A DNA stretch of 24,000 bases. Source: Clostridiaceae bacterium (lineage in GTDB: Bacteria > Bacillota > Clostridia > Clostridiales > Caloramatoraceae). The stretch covers positions 15,001-39,000 of the forward strand of contig JBEQBT010000003.1 in the NCBI GenBank assembly GCA_041639705.1. Reading direction: 5' to 3'. Below are positions 7,419-15,791 of this stretch, piece by piece; position 1 is the first letter of the stretch, and every line of letters begins with the position of its first letter. The translations under genes and the position numbers were made by a program. The notes under the pieces were generated by a model. It did not search any database. It saw only the letters and a program-made list of their open reading frames with translations, and was not told the DNA's origin.

Positions 7419-8034
7419 ACTTTATTACCCTATCCTTATTTGAAAAAACTGCCCTTCCCATAACTATATTTTTTATCCCTAACTTAATTAAATCCCCAAT
7501 CTGATCCTCCCCAACTCCCCCATCAACCCAGAGGTTCACACCATAATCATTTAGTTTCCCAATCTTACCCTCTAGTGCCTTGATATACTCCTGTCCCCTT
7601 CCATCTGGCTCACAGGTCAATACCAGGACATCCTCAACCAGTGGAATAATATACTCAATTTGATTAATCCCAATACCCGGGATAACAGCAATGCCCACCT
7701 TTATACCTTCATCCTGATAAAGTCTTATTAATTCCCTTGGATATCTCGTTACATCTGCATGAAGGAATACAATATCAGGCTTGCATTCCTTTATAGTTTT
7801 TAGAAATGCCTCGGGTTTGTTAACCATCAAATGAATTGACTTTTGAGAAGTGCTGTTTTGGCATATTAGCTTTAGCAGTTTTTCTCCAAAAGTTATATTA
7901 GGGATATAATTACCGTCCTCTATGTCTATGTGTATATGCCCATAGTTCCTGTCGATAAAATTAATTTCTTCCTCCACACTCAGCATATTTCCTGAGGCTA
8001 TAGATGGAATTATAACTACCCTATTCCCTTGCAT
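7414..8034 (-). CDS. sgcE: Ribulose-phosphate 3-epimerase family protein, SgcE-like
   Basis: 206 aa. Motifs: PSIASGN, HIDIEDGNYIPNITFG, EPDGRGQ, VDGGV, MGRAVF. These are co-linear with E. coli SgcE as I recall it. Its start overlaps the upstream gene by 14 nt. Confidence 0.85.
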   Translation of the reverse strand: MQGNRVVIIPSIASGNMLSVEEEINFIDRNYGHIHIDIEDGNYIPNITFGEKLLKLICQNSTSQKSIHLMVNKPEAFLKTIKECKPDIVFLHADVTRYPRELIRLYQDEGIKVGIAVIPGIGINQIEYIIPLVEDVLVLTCEPDGRGQEYIKALEGKIGKLNDYGVNLWVDGGVGEDQIGDLIKLGIKNIVMGRAVFSNKDRVIKL

Positions 8035-8824
8035 TTCTAACCTTCTCCATAAACTTTGATACCCTCTCTACATCTACCTCATTATAAAATTCCCCATCTC
8101 TTTTAAAGACAGTTCCCACAACTGCACCATCTGCTATTGAAAGCTGTTCTTCAACATTTTCCATTCTTACTCCTGTATTTACAAAGACAGGAGTATGTGG
8201 AATAACTTTTTTCACTCTCTTTAGTATCTGGGTATCGGTTGCAGTTCCCGCTGTTAAACCAGAAACACACAGTGCATCTGGATTATTATTAAAAACAGTT
8301 GATTTTGCAATATTTTCTATTTCCCTTTCTGCCATGTAGGTTGCAGCTTCCGGTACTATATTAAATAAAGCCTTAATATTCTCTCCACCTATATTATGTT
8401 TATGTCTAATGACTTCTCCGTAATTTGTGTTCCATAAACCAAAATCGCTGGCATAAACTCCTGTAAATATTTCTCTTACAAATTTTGCATCTACAGCTAC
8501 AGCAAGGTCAAAGGTCCTCATTGGGTCCCACAATACGTCAACTCCGTAGGGAACCTTTATATATTCCATAAGCTGACCAATTACTCTTGCCATTGCAGCA
8601 GTAGTTTCAGGATTAACCTTTGTAAGATATGGCAGGCTGAATTCATTTGAGAACATTACAGCATCTACCCCACCATTCTGCAATGCCAGTAAATCATTTT
8701 TTGCCCTGTCAATTACCTTTTTCATGCCTCCAACTTTGTCATAATCCGGATCTCCAGGCAAAGACAGAAAATGACACATTGCAATTATTGGTTTATCAGT
8801 GTTGAATACTTCCTTTATCCACAT
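8021..8824 (-). CDS. sgcQ: BtpA/SgcQ-family TIM-barrel protein
   Basis: 267 aa. Long stretches match my recollection of E. coli SgcQ: IIAMCHFLSLPGDPDYD, LQNGGVDAVMFSNEFSLPYLTKV, PETTAAMARVIGQLM, STVFNNNPDALCVSGLTAGT, ENVEEQLSIADG. It overlaps the EIIC gene by 29 nt. Confidence 0.85.
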   Translation of the reverse strand: MWIKEVFNTDKPIIAMCHFLSLPGDPDYDKVGGMKKVIDRAKNDLLALQNGGVDAVMFSNEFSLPYLTKVNPETTAAMARVIGQLMEYIKVPYGVDVLWDPMRTFDLAVAVDAKFVREIFTGVYASDFGLWNTNYGEVIRHKHNIGGENIKALFNIVPEAATYMAEREIENIAKSTVFNNNPDALCVSGLTAGTATDTQILKRVKKVIPHTPVFVNTGVRMENVEEQLSIADGAVVGTVFKRDGEFYNEVDVERVSKFMEKVRNARE

Positions 8825-10175
8825 AGTTTTTTAGCTCCCTTTTTTTTATGATATTTAATAGAAGATATACAAAACCAGCTACGAGTGCTATAATGAGTAC
8901 TATTCCAACTATCCCAAGCCTGCTTAACTGGTACAAAATATAGGCTATAGGATTACCTGCTGAAAGTGCTGTTACCTGTACTGCACCTTCAGGTATTTGT
9001 GTTGTGCCGCTCTTTGCAAACTCTGTTATCATAGGTGCAAAGAAGGATGCAATTGATAATACAATGGCCATCATTATTGTTCCACTTATAAGTGTCCTTA
9101 TAAAACTCCCCTTATGCATAACAGTTGCCATTGAAATAAAGAATGCTGTTGCTGCAAGATCTCCCAGTGGAAGAGTAGTATTTATAGGTATAATCATCGC
9201 TAGTACCAAGGCAATAGGAATAAGTAAAAGTCCAACTGCTACAGTAGTCGGAAGCCCTAATAATACAGCTGAGTCCAAGCCTATAAAGAATTCAGCTCCC
9301 TGATACTTTTTCTGCATAAATGCTCTTGTCTGCTCGCTTATTGGTACAAGTCCCTCCATCAATATTTTTGTAATTCTAGGAAGAAGGAACATTAAGGCAG
9401 CCATTGACATGCCAAGTTTTAGAGAAGCGCCGATTGAATATGATACTGAAAGGCCTAATATTATGCCTATAATCAATCCAAGGAAAACTGGTTCTGCAAT
9501 AACAGAGATAAAGCTTAGTTTTGAACTGTCTATATTACTCTCTTTATCCTTATTGCCCTTTGGTAGGAATAGGTCATAAAATTTATCAAGCAGGGCATAT
9601 ATTGGTACAGTACTTACTGCAAATCCCTGTGGTATAGAAATACCAGGTATGCCCAATTCCTCCTGAACATAGGGTGCTGTATAGTCAGCAATTTTCAATG
9701 ATAAAACACAGTGTGCTGCAGCTGCTATAAATCCATATATCAAGTTATTGGTTAACATGAATACTACTGCTCCGGTAAAAGCATAATGCCAGTAGTTCCA
9801 GATATCTATGTTTACTGTTCTAGTAAGCTTGAAGGTAAGCATCAATACATTAACTATGATTATGAATGGAATTATAAAGGACCCGATTGTTGTTGAAAAT
9901 GCCAATCCAGCAGCTGCTCCCCATCCTGTGTCAATAGTAGTCAGATTAAGATTAAATTTCTCAACGAAAATATTTGCTACAGGTCCAATATTGGTCCATA
10001 TCAATCCTAGAACCAAATCCAAACCAATCAATCCAATTCCTACTGTAATACCTGCCTTTAAGGCTTTAATCGGGTGCAGTCTTACAATAAGTCCAACTAT
10101 GGTTATCATTATAGGTATCATAACATATGAGCCAAGCCCACTGATGTAGTTGAATATTTCTTTAATAAAATCCAT
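8796..10175 (-). CDS. sgcC: PTS galactitol-family EIIC permease, SgcC/GatC-like
   Basis: 459 aa polytopic membrane protein. The ATG lies 1 nt after the EIIB stop, and its SD GAGGAGGG is embedded in the EIIB 3' end. Confidence 0.88.
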   Translation of the reverse strand: MDFIKEIFNYISGLGSYVMIPIMITIVGLIVRLHPIKALKAGITVGIGLIGLDLVLGLIWTNIGPVANIFVEKFNLNLTTIDTGWGAAAGLAFSTTIGSFIIPFIIIVNVLMLTFKLTRTVNIDIWNYWHYAFTGAVVFMLTNNLIYGFIAAAAHCVLSLKIADYTAPYVQEELGIPGISIPQGFAVSTVPIYALLDKFYDLFLPKGNKDKESNIDSSKLSFISVIAEPVFLGLIIGIILGLSVSYSIGASLKLGMSMAALMFLLPRITKILMEGLVPISEQTRAFMQKKYQGAEFFIGLDSAVLLGLPTTVAVGLLLIPIALVLAMIIPINTTLPLGDLAATAFFISMATVMHKGSFIRTLISGTIMMAIVLSIASFFAPMITEFAKSGTTQIPEGAVQVTALSAGNPIAYILYQLSRLGIVGIVLIIALVAGFVYLLLNIIKKRELKNYVDKGSIQH

Positions 10176-10176
10176 T

Positions 10177-10461
10177 TTAACCCTCCTCGCTTAAATAGGA
10201 TAATATCTTATTCTTCACCTCATCAATTCCAATACCTGTTATAAAGGGCAAACCAAGCACAGTAGGAATTTTATAATTCCCCTTAAGTGGCATAGAGGAT
10301 ACTATAATATTGCCCTGTTCTTCATATGACTTCACTTCTCTTAGACTGCATTGAATAATCCTGTGTTTAATATTCTTTTCAATAAGTAATTTTTCAATAT
10401 TACTTGTAATTATTGTTGAAGTCGCTACTCCGGCACCGCAAGCTACTATAATAGTTTTCAT
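10177..10461 (-). CDS. sgcB: PTS galactitol-family EIIB, SgcB/GatB-like
   Basis: 94 aa. N-terminal MKTIIVACGAGVATST has the active-site Cys in the Gat-type EIIB loop. Confidence 0.85.
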   Translation of the reverse strand: MKTIIVACGAGVATSTIITSNIEKLLIEKNIKHRIIQCSLREVKSYEEQGNIIVSSMPLKGNYKIPTVLGLPFITGIGIDEVKNKILSYLSEEG

Positions 10462-10464
10462 GCT

Positions 10465-11550
10465 TCACCTCCTTTTTCCATATTCAGTTTTATTATTGAA
10501 TTGATGAATAAAGATTTCGATTAACTTTGCAGCCTTCTCAGCGTCTGAAATGTCCATACATTCAATGGGTGTGTGAGTATATCTAGTTGGAATTGAGACG
10601 TTAATTACTGAAATACCCTCATTCTCAAATAATATATAGGCATTTTCTGTAACTACCCCTGTTGAAACTTCTCTTTGATAAGGTATATTATTATTTATGC
10701 AGATATTCTCAAGTGCATTTACCAATTTTATATCAGGAAGTACCCCTGCTAGGGTGCCTCTTCCATGAAAATTCATATATGTAAGTGCCGGCCCATGCCC
10801 AAGGGAAATATCATTGTAATCAAGATCTGGTGTGTCACATGCTGGAGTAATATCGATTCCTATTGTAATATCAGGCTTGATTTCCCTAATTACAGGCAAT
10901 ATCCCTCTGATATTAAATTCCTCCATTACACAGGCTACCAGGTAAACATTAGCCTCCAATTCTGTTTTCTTTTGTCTTTCTGCCAGCTCAAGCAAAATGC
11001 TGCAGCCTATCCTGTCATCTATAGCCTTTGAGCTTACTATTCTGTCAGTTAATTCTGTCCATGAATCATCAAAGGAAAACATGCCTCCAACATTTATTCC
11101 TCTTTTAATAACTGCTTCCTTTGAATCAGCCCCAATATCTATATACATTTCTTTTATCTGGGGTATTTTAAATTTGTTTTCTGCATTCATAAAATGATGA
11201 GCTTGAACCCCTATCAAGCCTTTTAACAATTTATTATCCATGCTTTGGACCTTTGTTCCAGGAAGTATTTGTGTATTTACACCTCCCAATCTCTCAAATC
11301 TCAAAAATCCGTTATTTTCAATTTTTCTAATAATAAATCCTATTTCATCCATGTGGGCAAAAACCATTATCTTTGGAAGCGTATCATCTTTAGTCTTAAA
11401 ATTACAAACAACATTTCCTATAGCATCTATGTATACATTCTCATTTGATTTTTTGAACTCTTCAAACATGTATTCTCCTATACTGTCCTCTCTTGACGAA
11501 AGCCCATTTAAGCAGCACAATTCCTTTAAGCTCTTCTTAATCATTAACAT
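10465..11550 (-). CDS. sgcX: M42-family metallopeptidase homologue (FrvX/SgcX/YpdE type)
   Basis: 361 aa. Motifs: MVFAHMDEIGF, SKAIDDRIGC, VMEEFNIRG, IPTRYTHTP. SD spacing favours the ATG at 11544 (MIKKSLKELCCLNG) over the track start at 11550. It overlaps the 3' end of the EIIA gene. Confidence 0.85.
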   Translation of the reverse strand: MLMIKKSLKELCCLNGLSSREDSIGEYMFEEFKKSNENVYIDAIGNVVCNFKTKDDTLPKIMVFAHMDEIGFIIRKIENNGFLRFERLGGVNTQILPGTKVQSMDNKLLKGLIGVQAHHFMNAENKFKIPQIKEMYIDIGADSKEAVIKRGINVGGMFSFDDSWTELTDRIVSSKAIDDRIGCSILLELAERQKKTELEANVYLVACVMEEFNIRGILPVIREIKPDITIGIDITPACDTPDLDYNDISLGHGPALTYMNFHGRGTLAGVLPDIKLVNALENICINNNIPYQREVSTGVVTENAYILFENEGISVINVSIPTRYTHTPIECMDISDAEKAAKLIEIFIHQFNNKTEYGKRR

Positions 11551-12004
11551 CCATCCCCTTTAATAATTGCTCAATATCTTCCTTTGAATTGCAGTATTTT
11601 ATTTTAAACAGCTGCCTAGACTGCAATAGATCAGCAAGCTGCTGCAATACGGAAATATGTTTGTTCTTATCTTTAAGTAGAAGGATAAATGAAACTTCAA
11701 CTTCAATCTCTTCATCAGGATTATCCATTCTATTAAACTTTATCTTCTCAGGTAATATTGCTATTACAATGCCTTCTCTTAAAACATATTCTGTTTCACT
11801 ATGTGGTATTGAAATATTAATACTTTTAGTAACCAAGCCTGTTGGAAATTCCTTTTCCCTCTTAATAATTTCTGTTTTATACTCTGGAACAACATATTCT
11901 TTTTCAATCAGATAATCAGAAGCCATGCTGAGAAAATTTACTTTGTCAGAATAGCTTTCTTTAATAACTATGCCCTTTTGAATTAATTCAATTAACTCTT
12001 TCAT
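11537..12004 (-). CDS. sgcA: PTS EIIA, mannitol/fructose (Ntr-type) family, SgcA-like
   Basis: 155 aa. Candidate phosphorylatable His in INISIPHSETEY. Size and position match sgcA. Confidence 0.8.
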   Translation of the reverse strand: MKELIELIQKGIVIKESYSDKVNFLSMASDYLIEKEYVVPEYKTEIIKREKEFPTGLVTKSINISIPHSETEYVLREGIVIAILPEKIKFNRMDNPDEEIEVEVSFILLLKDKNKHISVLQQLADLLQSRQLFKIKYCNSKEDIEQLLKGMDVND

Positions 12005-12013
12005 ATTAACTCC

Positions 12014-12787
12014 TTATCTGGCTGTTATTATATCCCTGCACTTTTCCATGATCTGGCTAACTTCTCTATCGGTTATCCGTTTATCTGTAATAATTTTGTT
12101 GATCTCCTCCAGTGAACATACCTTTGCAATTTTATGGCTGCTAAACTTTGTATAGTCTGCAAGAAGGATTATTTCCTTTCCTGATTCCATCATTTTCTGC
12201 TTTACCTCAACTTCATCGAAGTTGGCATTTGAAACTCCTTTTCTTATATCAACAGCATCTGCACTCAGAAAGAATAGATCAGCATTTACACATTCAAGTC
12301 CTTTTAAGGTCAAAAGACCAGATAAACTGAACATGCTATTTCTTAGCTGTCCTCCTAAAATAACTAAATGAACCGCTTTATTATTTGCCAGTGTCATTCC
12401 TACCTTTAAATCATTAGTTACTACTGTTATGTCAGAAAAGCTCCTACTCTCGCTTATTTTTTTTGCCAGTGCCAAGGTTGTAGTACCTGAATCTAAAATA
12501 ATAGTCATTCCATCCTTTATGTATTCTAATGCCTTAGCTCCTATTTTCTCTTTATATTCCTTTTGAGTTTTTTCCTTTTCCAGCTGTTTAGGCTCGTAGG
12601 TCAGCTTAAACTTATTGCTGACTGCACCGCCTGTAACTCTTACCAATTTACCTTCCTTTTCAAGTGTTGAAAGGTCTCTGTTTATTGTTGCCTTTGAGCT
12701 GCCTAATTTTTCCATAAATTCTTGAACTGTTACATTTCCTTTTTCATTTATGTAATCCAATATTAACATTCTTCTATGGGATAACAA
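12014..12787 (-). CDS. sgcR: DeoR/GlpR-family transcriptional regulator, SgcR-like
   Basis: 257 aa. N-terminal HTH (VTVQEFMEKLGSSKATINRDL) plus a DeoR C-terminal sensor domain. The TTG start at 12787 has a good SD (AGAGGTGA, 5 nt spacer). Confidence 0.85.
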   Translation of the reverse strand: MLSHRRMLILDYINEKGNVTVQEFMEKLGSSKATINRDLSTLEKEGKLVRVTGGAVSNKFKLTYEPKQLEKEKTQKEYKEKIGAKALEYIKDGMTIILDSGTTTLALAKKISESRSFSDITVVTNDLKVGMTLANNKAVHLVILGGQLRNSMFSLSGLLTLKGLECVNADLFFLSADAVDIRKGVSNANFDEVEVKQKMMESGKEIILLADYTKFSSHKIAKVCSLEEINKIITDKRITDREVSQIMEKCRDIITAR

Positions 12788-12837
12788 ATTATCACCTCTT
12801 TTGAGTCTATTTGAGCCATATTTGTTTTACTGATTAA

Positions 12838-12866
12838 ATAGTATCATTTCGGCTCAATAATAGCAA
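12838..12866 (-). promoter_or_regulatory. Promoter candidate for the sgc-type operon
   Basis: Minus strand: TTGCTA (12866-12861), 17 nt spacer, TACTAT (12843-12838), about 50 nt upstream of the sgcR-like start. The spacer contains a TTGAGCC motif (see findings). Confidence 0.4.
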
Positions 12867-13369
12867 TGAATTTTTTAAAGTTTTATTAATATTTTATTGT
12901 ATTTATTTGATGATTACACTCTTAGATATAATTTATACAGGTATCATCAAGAATAGGTTGCTTTTTTACAATATATGATACAATTTGAGCCATTATGTAT
13001 CTTTATAATATAAATTTAAATTTAAATTTAAAACTTAATACAAATAAATAAACTTTGAGTATATAAATTAGTTTGTGTGATTAATTAGCACTTAAAGTCA
13101 TATGTTGTGGTAAATCTTATTAATAATAAGGACGTCAAAAGCAAAAATATGATTCTGACGCCACATATTAAAGACTGTTCAATTTTTCAGCAATAAATTC
13201 TAAAAGCCTCACTTCTAAATATTAATCTCCACTTAGCAATGCTTTTCTCTGCCAAATCTATCTTGATAAACTCCCAGAAGGTTCTAATTGTTACACTTTG
13301 TTAGTCATACTTTGGAAGCCTTGTCCAGTTCCCCAGGGACTTAGGTTTACTTCCTATACCAGTGAACTC

Positions 13370-13424
13370 GTTCAGCTAAAGCTGAACATCGAGACTTCAG
13401 GTGGGGACTCTACCCCACCTGAAG
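13370..13424. repeat. Two further stem-loops downstream of the rpiB-operon terminator
   Basis: GTTCAGC-TAAA-GCTGAAC (13370-13387). CTTCAGGTGGGG (13395-13406) pairs with CCCCACCTGAAG (13413-13424): 12-bp G+C-rich stem, 6-nt loop, no U-tract on either strand. Confidence 0.6.
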
Positions 13425-13436
13425 CAAATAGTGGAA

Positions 13437-13460
13437 ACTCCACCTTATAGAAGGTGGAGT
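13437..13460 (-). terminator. Rho-independent terminator candidate for the aldolase-to-rpiB operon
   Basis: ACTCCACCTT (13437-13446) pairs with AAGGTGGAGT (13451-13460) around a 4-nt loop. On the minus strand TTTCCACTATTT follows. It begins 35 nt after the rpiB-like stop. Confidence 0.6.
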
Positions 13461-13494
13461 CTTAGAAATTGATAAAAACTTCTTTTTCTACTAA

Positions 13495-13935
13495 TTACTT
13501 TCCATTCTTTTCATACTCGAGAATTCTTCCCACTTTCGGGTCAGACCTTGAATTAGGAACATAGCTTACCCTCAGATATTCTTTCACCAGGCACTTAGCC
13601 AATTCAATCCCCGTTACCAGTGCTCCTATAGTAATAATATTTGCATTATTGCTAAGCTGTGCACGTTGCGCCTGATATACATCTGTTACAAGAGCCGCAT
13701 ATGCTCCTTCTACTTTATTCGCTGCTATACATACACCAATTCCAGTACCACAAAGCAATACTCCTCTTTCACATTCTCCTCCCGCAACTGCCTTTGCTAC
13801 ACTAATAGCTGTATTTGCATAAATCGGATCCTCACTTCCAAAATCCCTACACTCATTCCCCAAGCTTTCAATATATTGTATTAGAATTCTTTTGTAATCA
13901 GTTGCATTTGGATCACACCCAATCGCTATCTTCAT
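13495..13935 (-). CDS. rpiB: RpiB/LacA/LacB-family sugar-phosphate isomerase
   Basis: 146 aa. Motifs: MKIAIGCD, active-site loop LLCGTGIGVCIAANK, NNANIITIGA. SD AAGGAGGAG is upstream. The C-terminal third diverges from classical RpiB. Confidence 0.85.
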   Translation of the reverse strand: MKIAIGCDPNATDYKRILIQYIESLGNECRDFGSEDPIYANTAISVAKAVAGGECERGVLLCGTGIGVCIAANKVEGAYAALVTDVYQAQRAQLSNNANIITIGALVTGIELAKCLVKEYLRVSYVPNSRSDPKVGRILEYEKNGK

Positions 13936-14115
13936 CTCTTTCTCCTCCTTTACTTACCACTTAAATTGTCTTCAGCAACCTGCCCAGGAATTTATCACAT
14001 AATTTCCCTCTCTATTTATCAACCCATCAAGAAAAGAGGCGCAGTATATTCATGTCCATTATATCCTTGGATTCTGACATGATGCTGCACCCCTTTTTTA
14101 TATCCTTTATACCTG

Positions 14116-14757
14116 TCACATTTCCAGCATTTTTTGAATAAATGATGCCATTGTCTGAATAATAATATTGCAGCTGGTGGCTCCTGCATCCAGCACACCT
14201 CTGGAACGTTCCCCAAGACGGCTAGCCCTGCCAATCCTTGCTGCCATTCCTTTCGTAGACAGCCATCCTTCCTTTGATGCTTCTTTCATAAGCTCTAATG
14301 CTTCTTTAAAATCTTTTCCTTCCTGCAATGCATTGCAATAGCTTTCTTTTGCAGGAATAAGTACATCCAGAAGGGTTTTATCACCTCTTTTTGCAGATCC
14401 AATATCCTGAACTCCATCAAGGGCGGCAGTAATCATCTTTTCAAAAACATATGCATCAATTTCTTCCTCTTTTGCACTGGCTTCTGCCATTTCCTCAAAA
14501 AACACACCATATAAAGGCCCCATGGAACCACCGATGTCTTCCATAAGTGTATTGCTCAAAATGGAAAGCCCTTCCCACATGGAATAATTTTTTCCTTCCA
14601 ATTTTTTATGACACAAGGTAAAACCTTTGTTCATATTAATACCATGGTCACCATCCCCGATTTTTCCATCAATTTCACTTAGATAGTCTTTATTCTCTTG
14701 AATTTTTGCAATCAATTCTAATACTATGGATCCTGCTTTAGAATTATATATTTTCAT
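14116..14757 (-). CDS. dhaL: Dihydroxyacetone-kinase family, ADP-binding subunit DhaL
   Basis: 213 aa. Contains the diagnostic LSEIDGKIGDGDHGINM (D-x3-GDGDHG) nucleotide/Mg site. Confidence 0.85.
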   Translation of the reverse strand: MKIYNSKAGSIVLELIAKIQENKDYLSEIDGKIGDGDHGINMNKGFTLCHKKLEGKNYSMWEGLSILSNTLMEDIGGSMGPLYGVFFEEMAEASAKEEEIDAYVFEKMITAALDGVQDIGSAKRGDKTLLDVLIPAKESYCNALQEGKDFKEALELMKEASKEGWLSTKGMAARIGRASRLGERSRGVLDAGATSCNIIIQTMASFIQKMLEM

Positions 14758-14772
14758 ATTCTACCGCCTTTC

Positions 14773-15771
14773 TCATAGCTGTTTTAACCCAACTGAATTC
14801 ACTGGCATATCCAAACATTCCTTCAGTTCATCATCCAGTTTCATCACCGTTAAGGTAATGCCCATCATTTCCAGTGACGTAAAATAATTTCCCACATATG
14901 CTTTATATACAATGATTCCTTTCTCTTCCAATACTTCTGCTACTCTATTGTAAACAATATATTGTTCCATAACTGGAGTTGCACCAAGCCCTGAAAGCAG
15001 CACTGCAACTTCATCTCCATTAGCAAATGGCAGATCTGGAAGAATCAGATCCAGCATTTCAACTGCAATCTCATCAGCTGTCTTCAAAGGCTCCACTTTT
15101 ATTCCAGGTTCCCCATGATGCCCAATTCCTACTTCCATTGTTCCGTCTTCAATTTGAAAATTTGGATGTCCCACAGCTGGAATCGTGCAAGGTGCGGTTC
15201 CAATTCCTACAGAACGAGTATTGTCAATTGCCTTCTGTGCAGTAATAATAACATTATCCAGGTCAGCTCCCATCGCTGCCTTAGCACCACCGACTTTCCA
15301 CAGCAGTACTTCACCAGCTACTCCACGGCGTTTCTCTGCTTCCGTTTTAGGAGCAGAAGCACAGTCATCATTTGCTACTACTGTCTTTACTGTAATTCCC
15401 AGCTTTTTCGCATTTCGGATAGCCATCTTAACATTCATATTATCGCCTGCATAATTTCCATAAAGGCATGCAACTCCTTTTCCCGCATCTGCTGCCTTTA
15501 TAGCATCAGTAAAGGCAGCAGCAGTTGGTGAAGAAAATATCTCTCCTACGGCAACAGCATCACACATATTTTCACCAATATATCCTATAAATGCCGGCTT
15601 ATGCCCGGAGCCTCCACCTGTCACAATTCCTACTTTTCCTGCAACAGGTGCCTTTTTATATTTTACAACCCTTGGATTATCAGTTGCTTCAACCAGATCC
15701 TTTTGGGCTTTCAAAAATCCTTTAAGCATATCTTCTACTACAAAATCCGGATTATTTATTATTCTATTCAT
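14773..15771 (-). CDS. dhaK: Dihydroxyacetone-kinase family, substrate-binding subunit DhaK
   Basis: 332 aa. Motifs: TGGGSGHKP, and GIGHHGEPG with the hemiaminal-forming His region. Confidence 0.9.
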   Translation of the reverse strand: MNRIINNPDFVVEDMLKGFLKAQKDLVEATDNPRVVKYKKAPVAGKVGIVTGGGSGHKPAFIGYIGENMCDAVAVGEIFSSPTAAAFTDAIKAADAGKGVACLYGNYAGDNMNVKMAIRNAKKLGITVKTVVANDDCASAPKTEAEKRRGVAGEVLLWKVGGAKAAMGADLDNVIITAQKAIDNTRSVGIGTAPCTIPAVGHPNFQIEDGTMEVGIGHHGEPGIKVEPLKTADEIAVEMLDLILPDLPFANGDEVAVLLSGLGATPVMEQYIVYNRVAEVLEEKGIIVYKAYVGNYFTSLEMMGITLTVMKLDDELKECLDMPVNSVGLKQL

Positions 15772-15791
15772 ATTCTAACTCCTCTTCTACA

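Noticed and set aside
13011-13033. (AAATTT)n tandem hexamer run
   Set aside because: Short low-complexity A/T tract in an A/T-rich intergenic region. Nothing indicates function.
13187-13369. Single minus-strand frame reading EFTGIGSKPKSLGNWTRLPKYD, stop, then QSVTIRTFWEFIKIDLAEKSIAKWRLIFRSEAFRIYC: a possible gene remnant downstream of the triple hairpin
   Set aside because: I cannot match it to any family from memory. It is short, interrupted and lacks a start. Worth a BLASTX, but not reportable as a feature.
14019-14234. 71-aa minus-strand ORF overlapping the 3' end of dhaL
   Set aside because: It is out of frame with a well-supported dhaL, has an odd Trp/His/Cys-rich composition, and has no SD. 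It looks like an overlap artefact.
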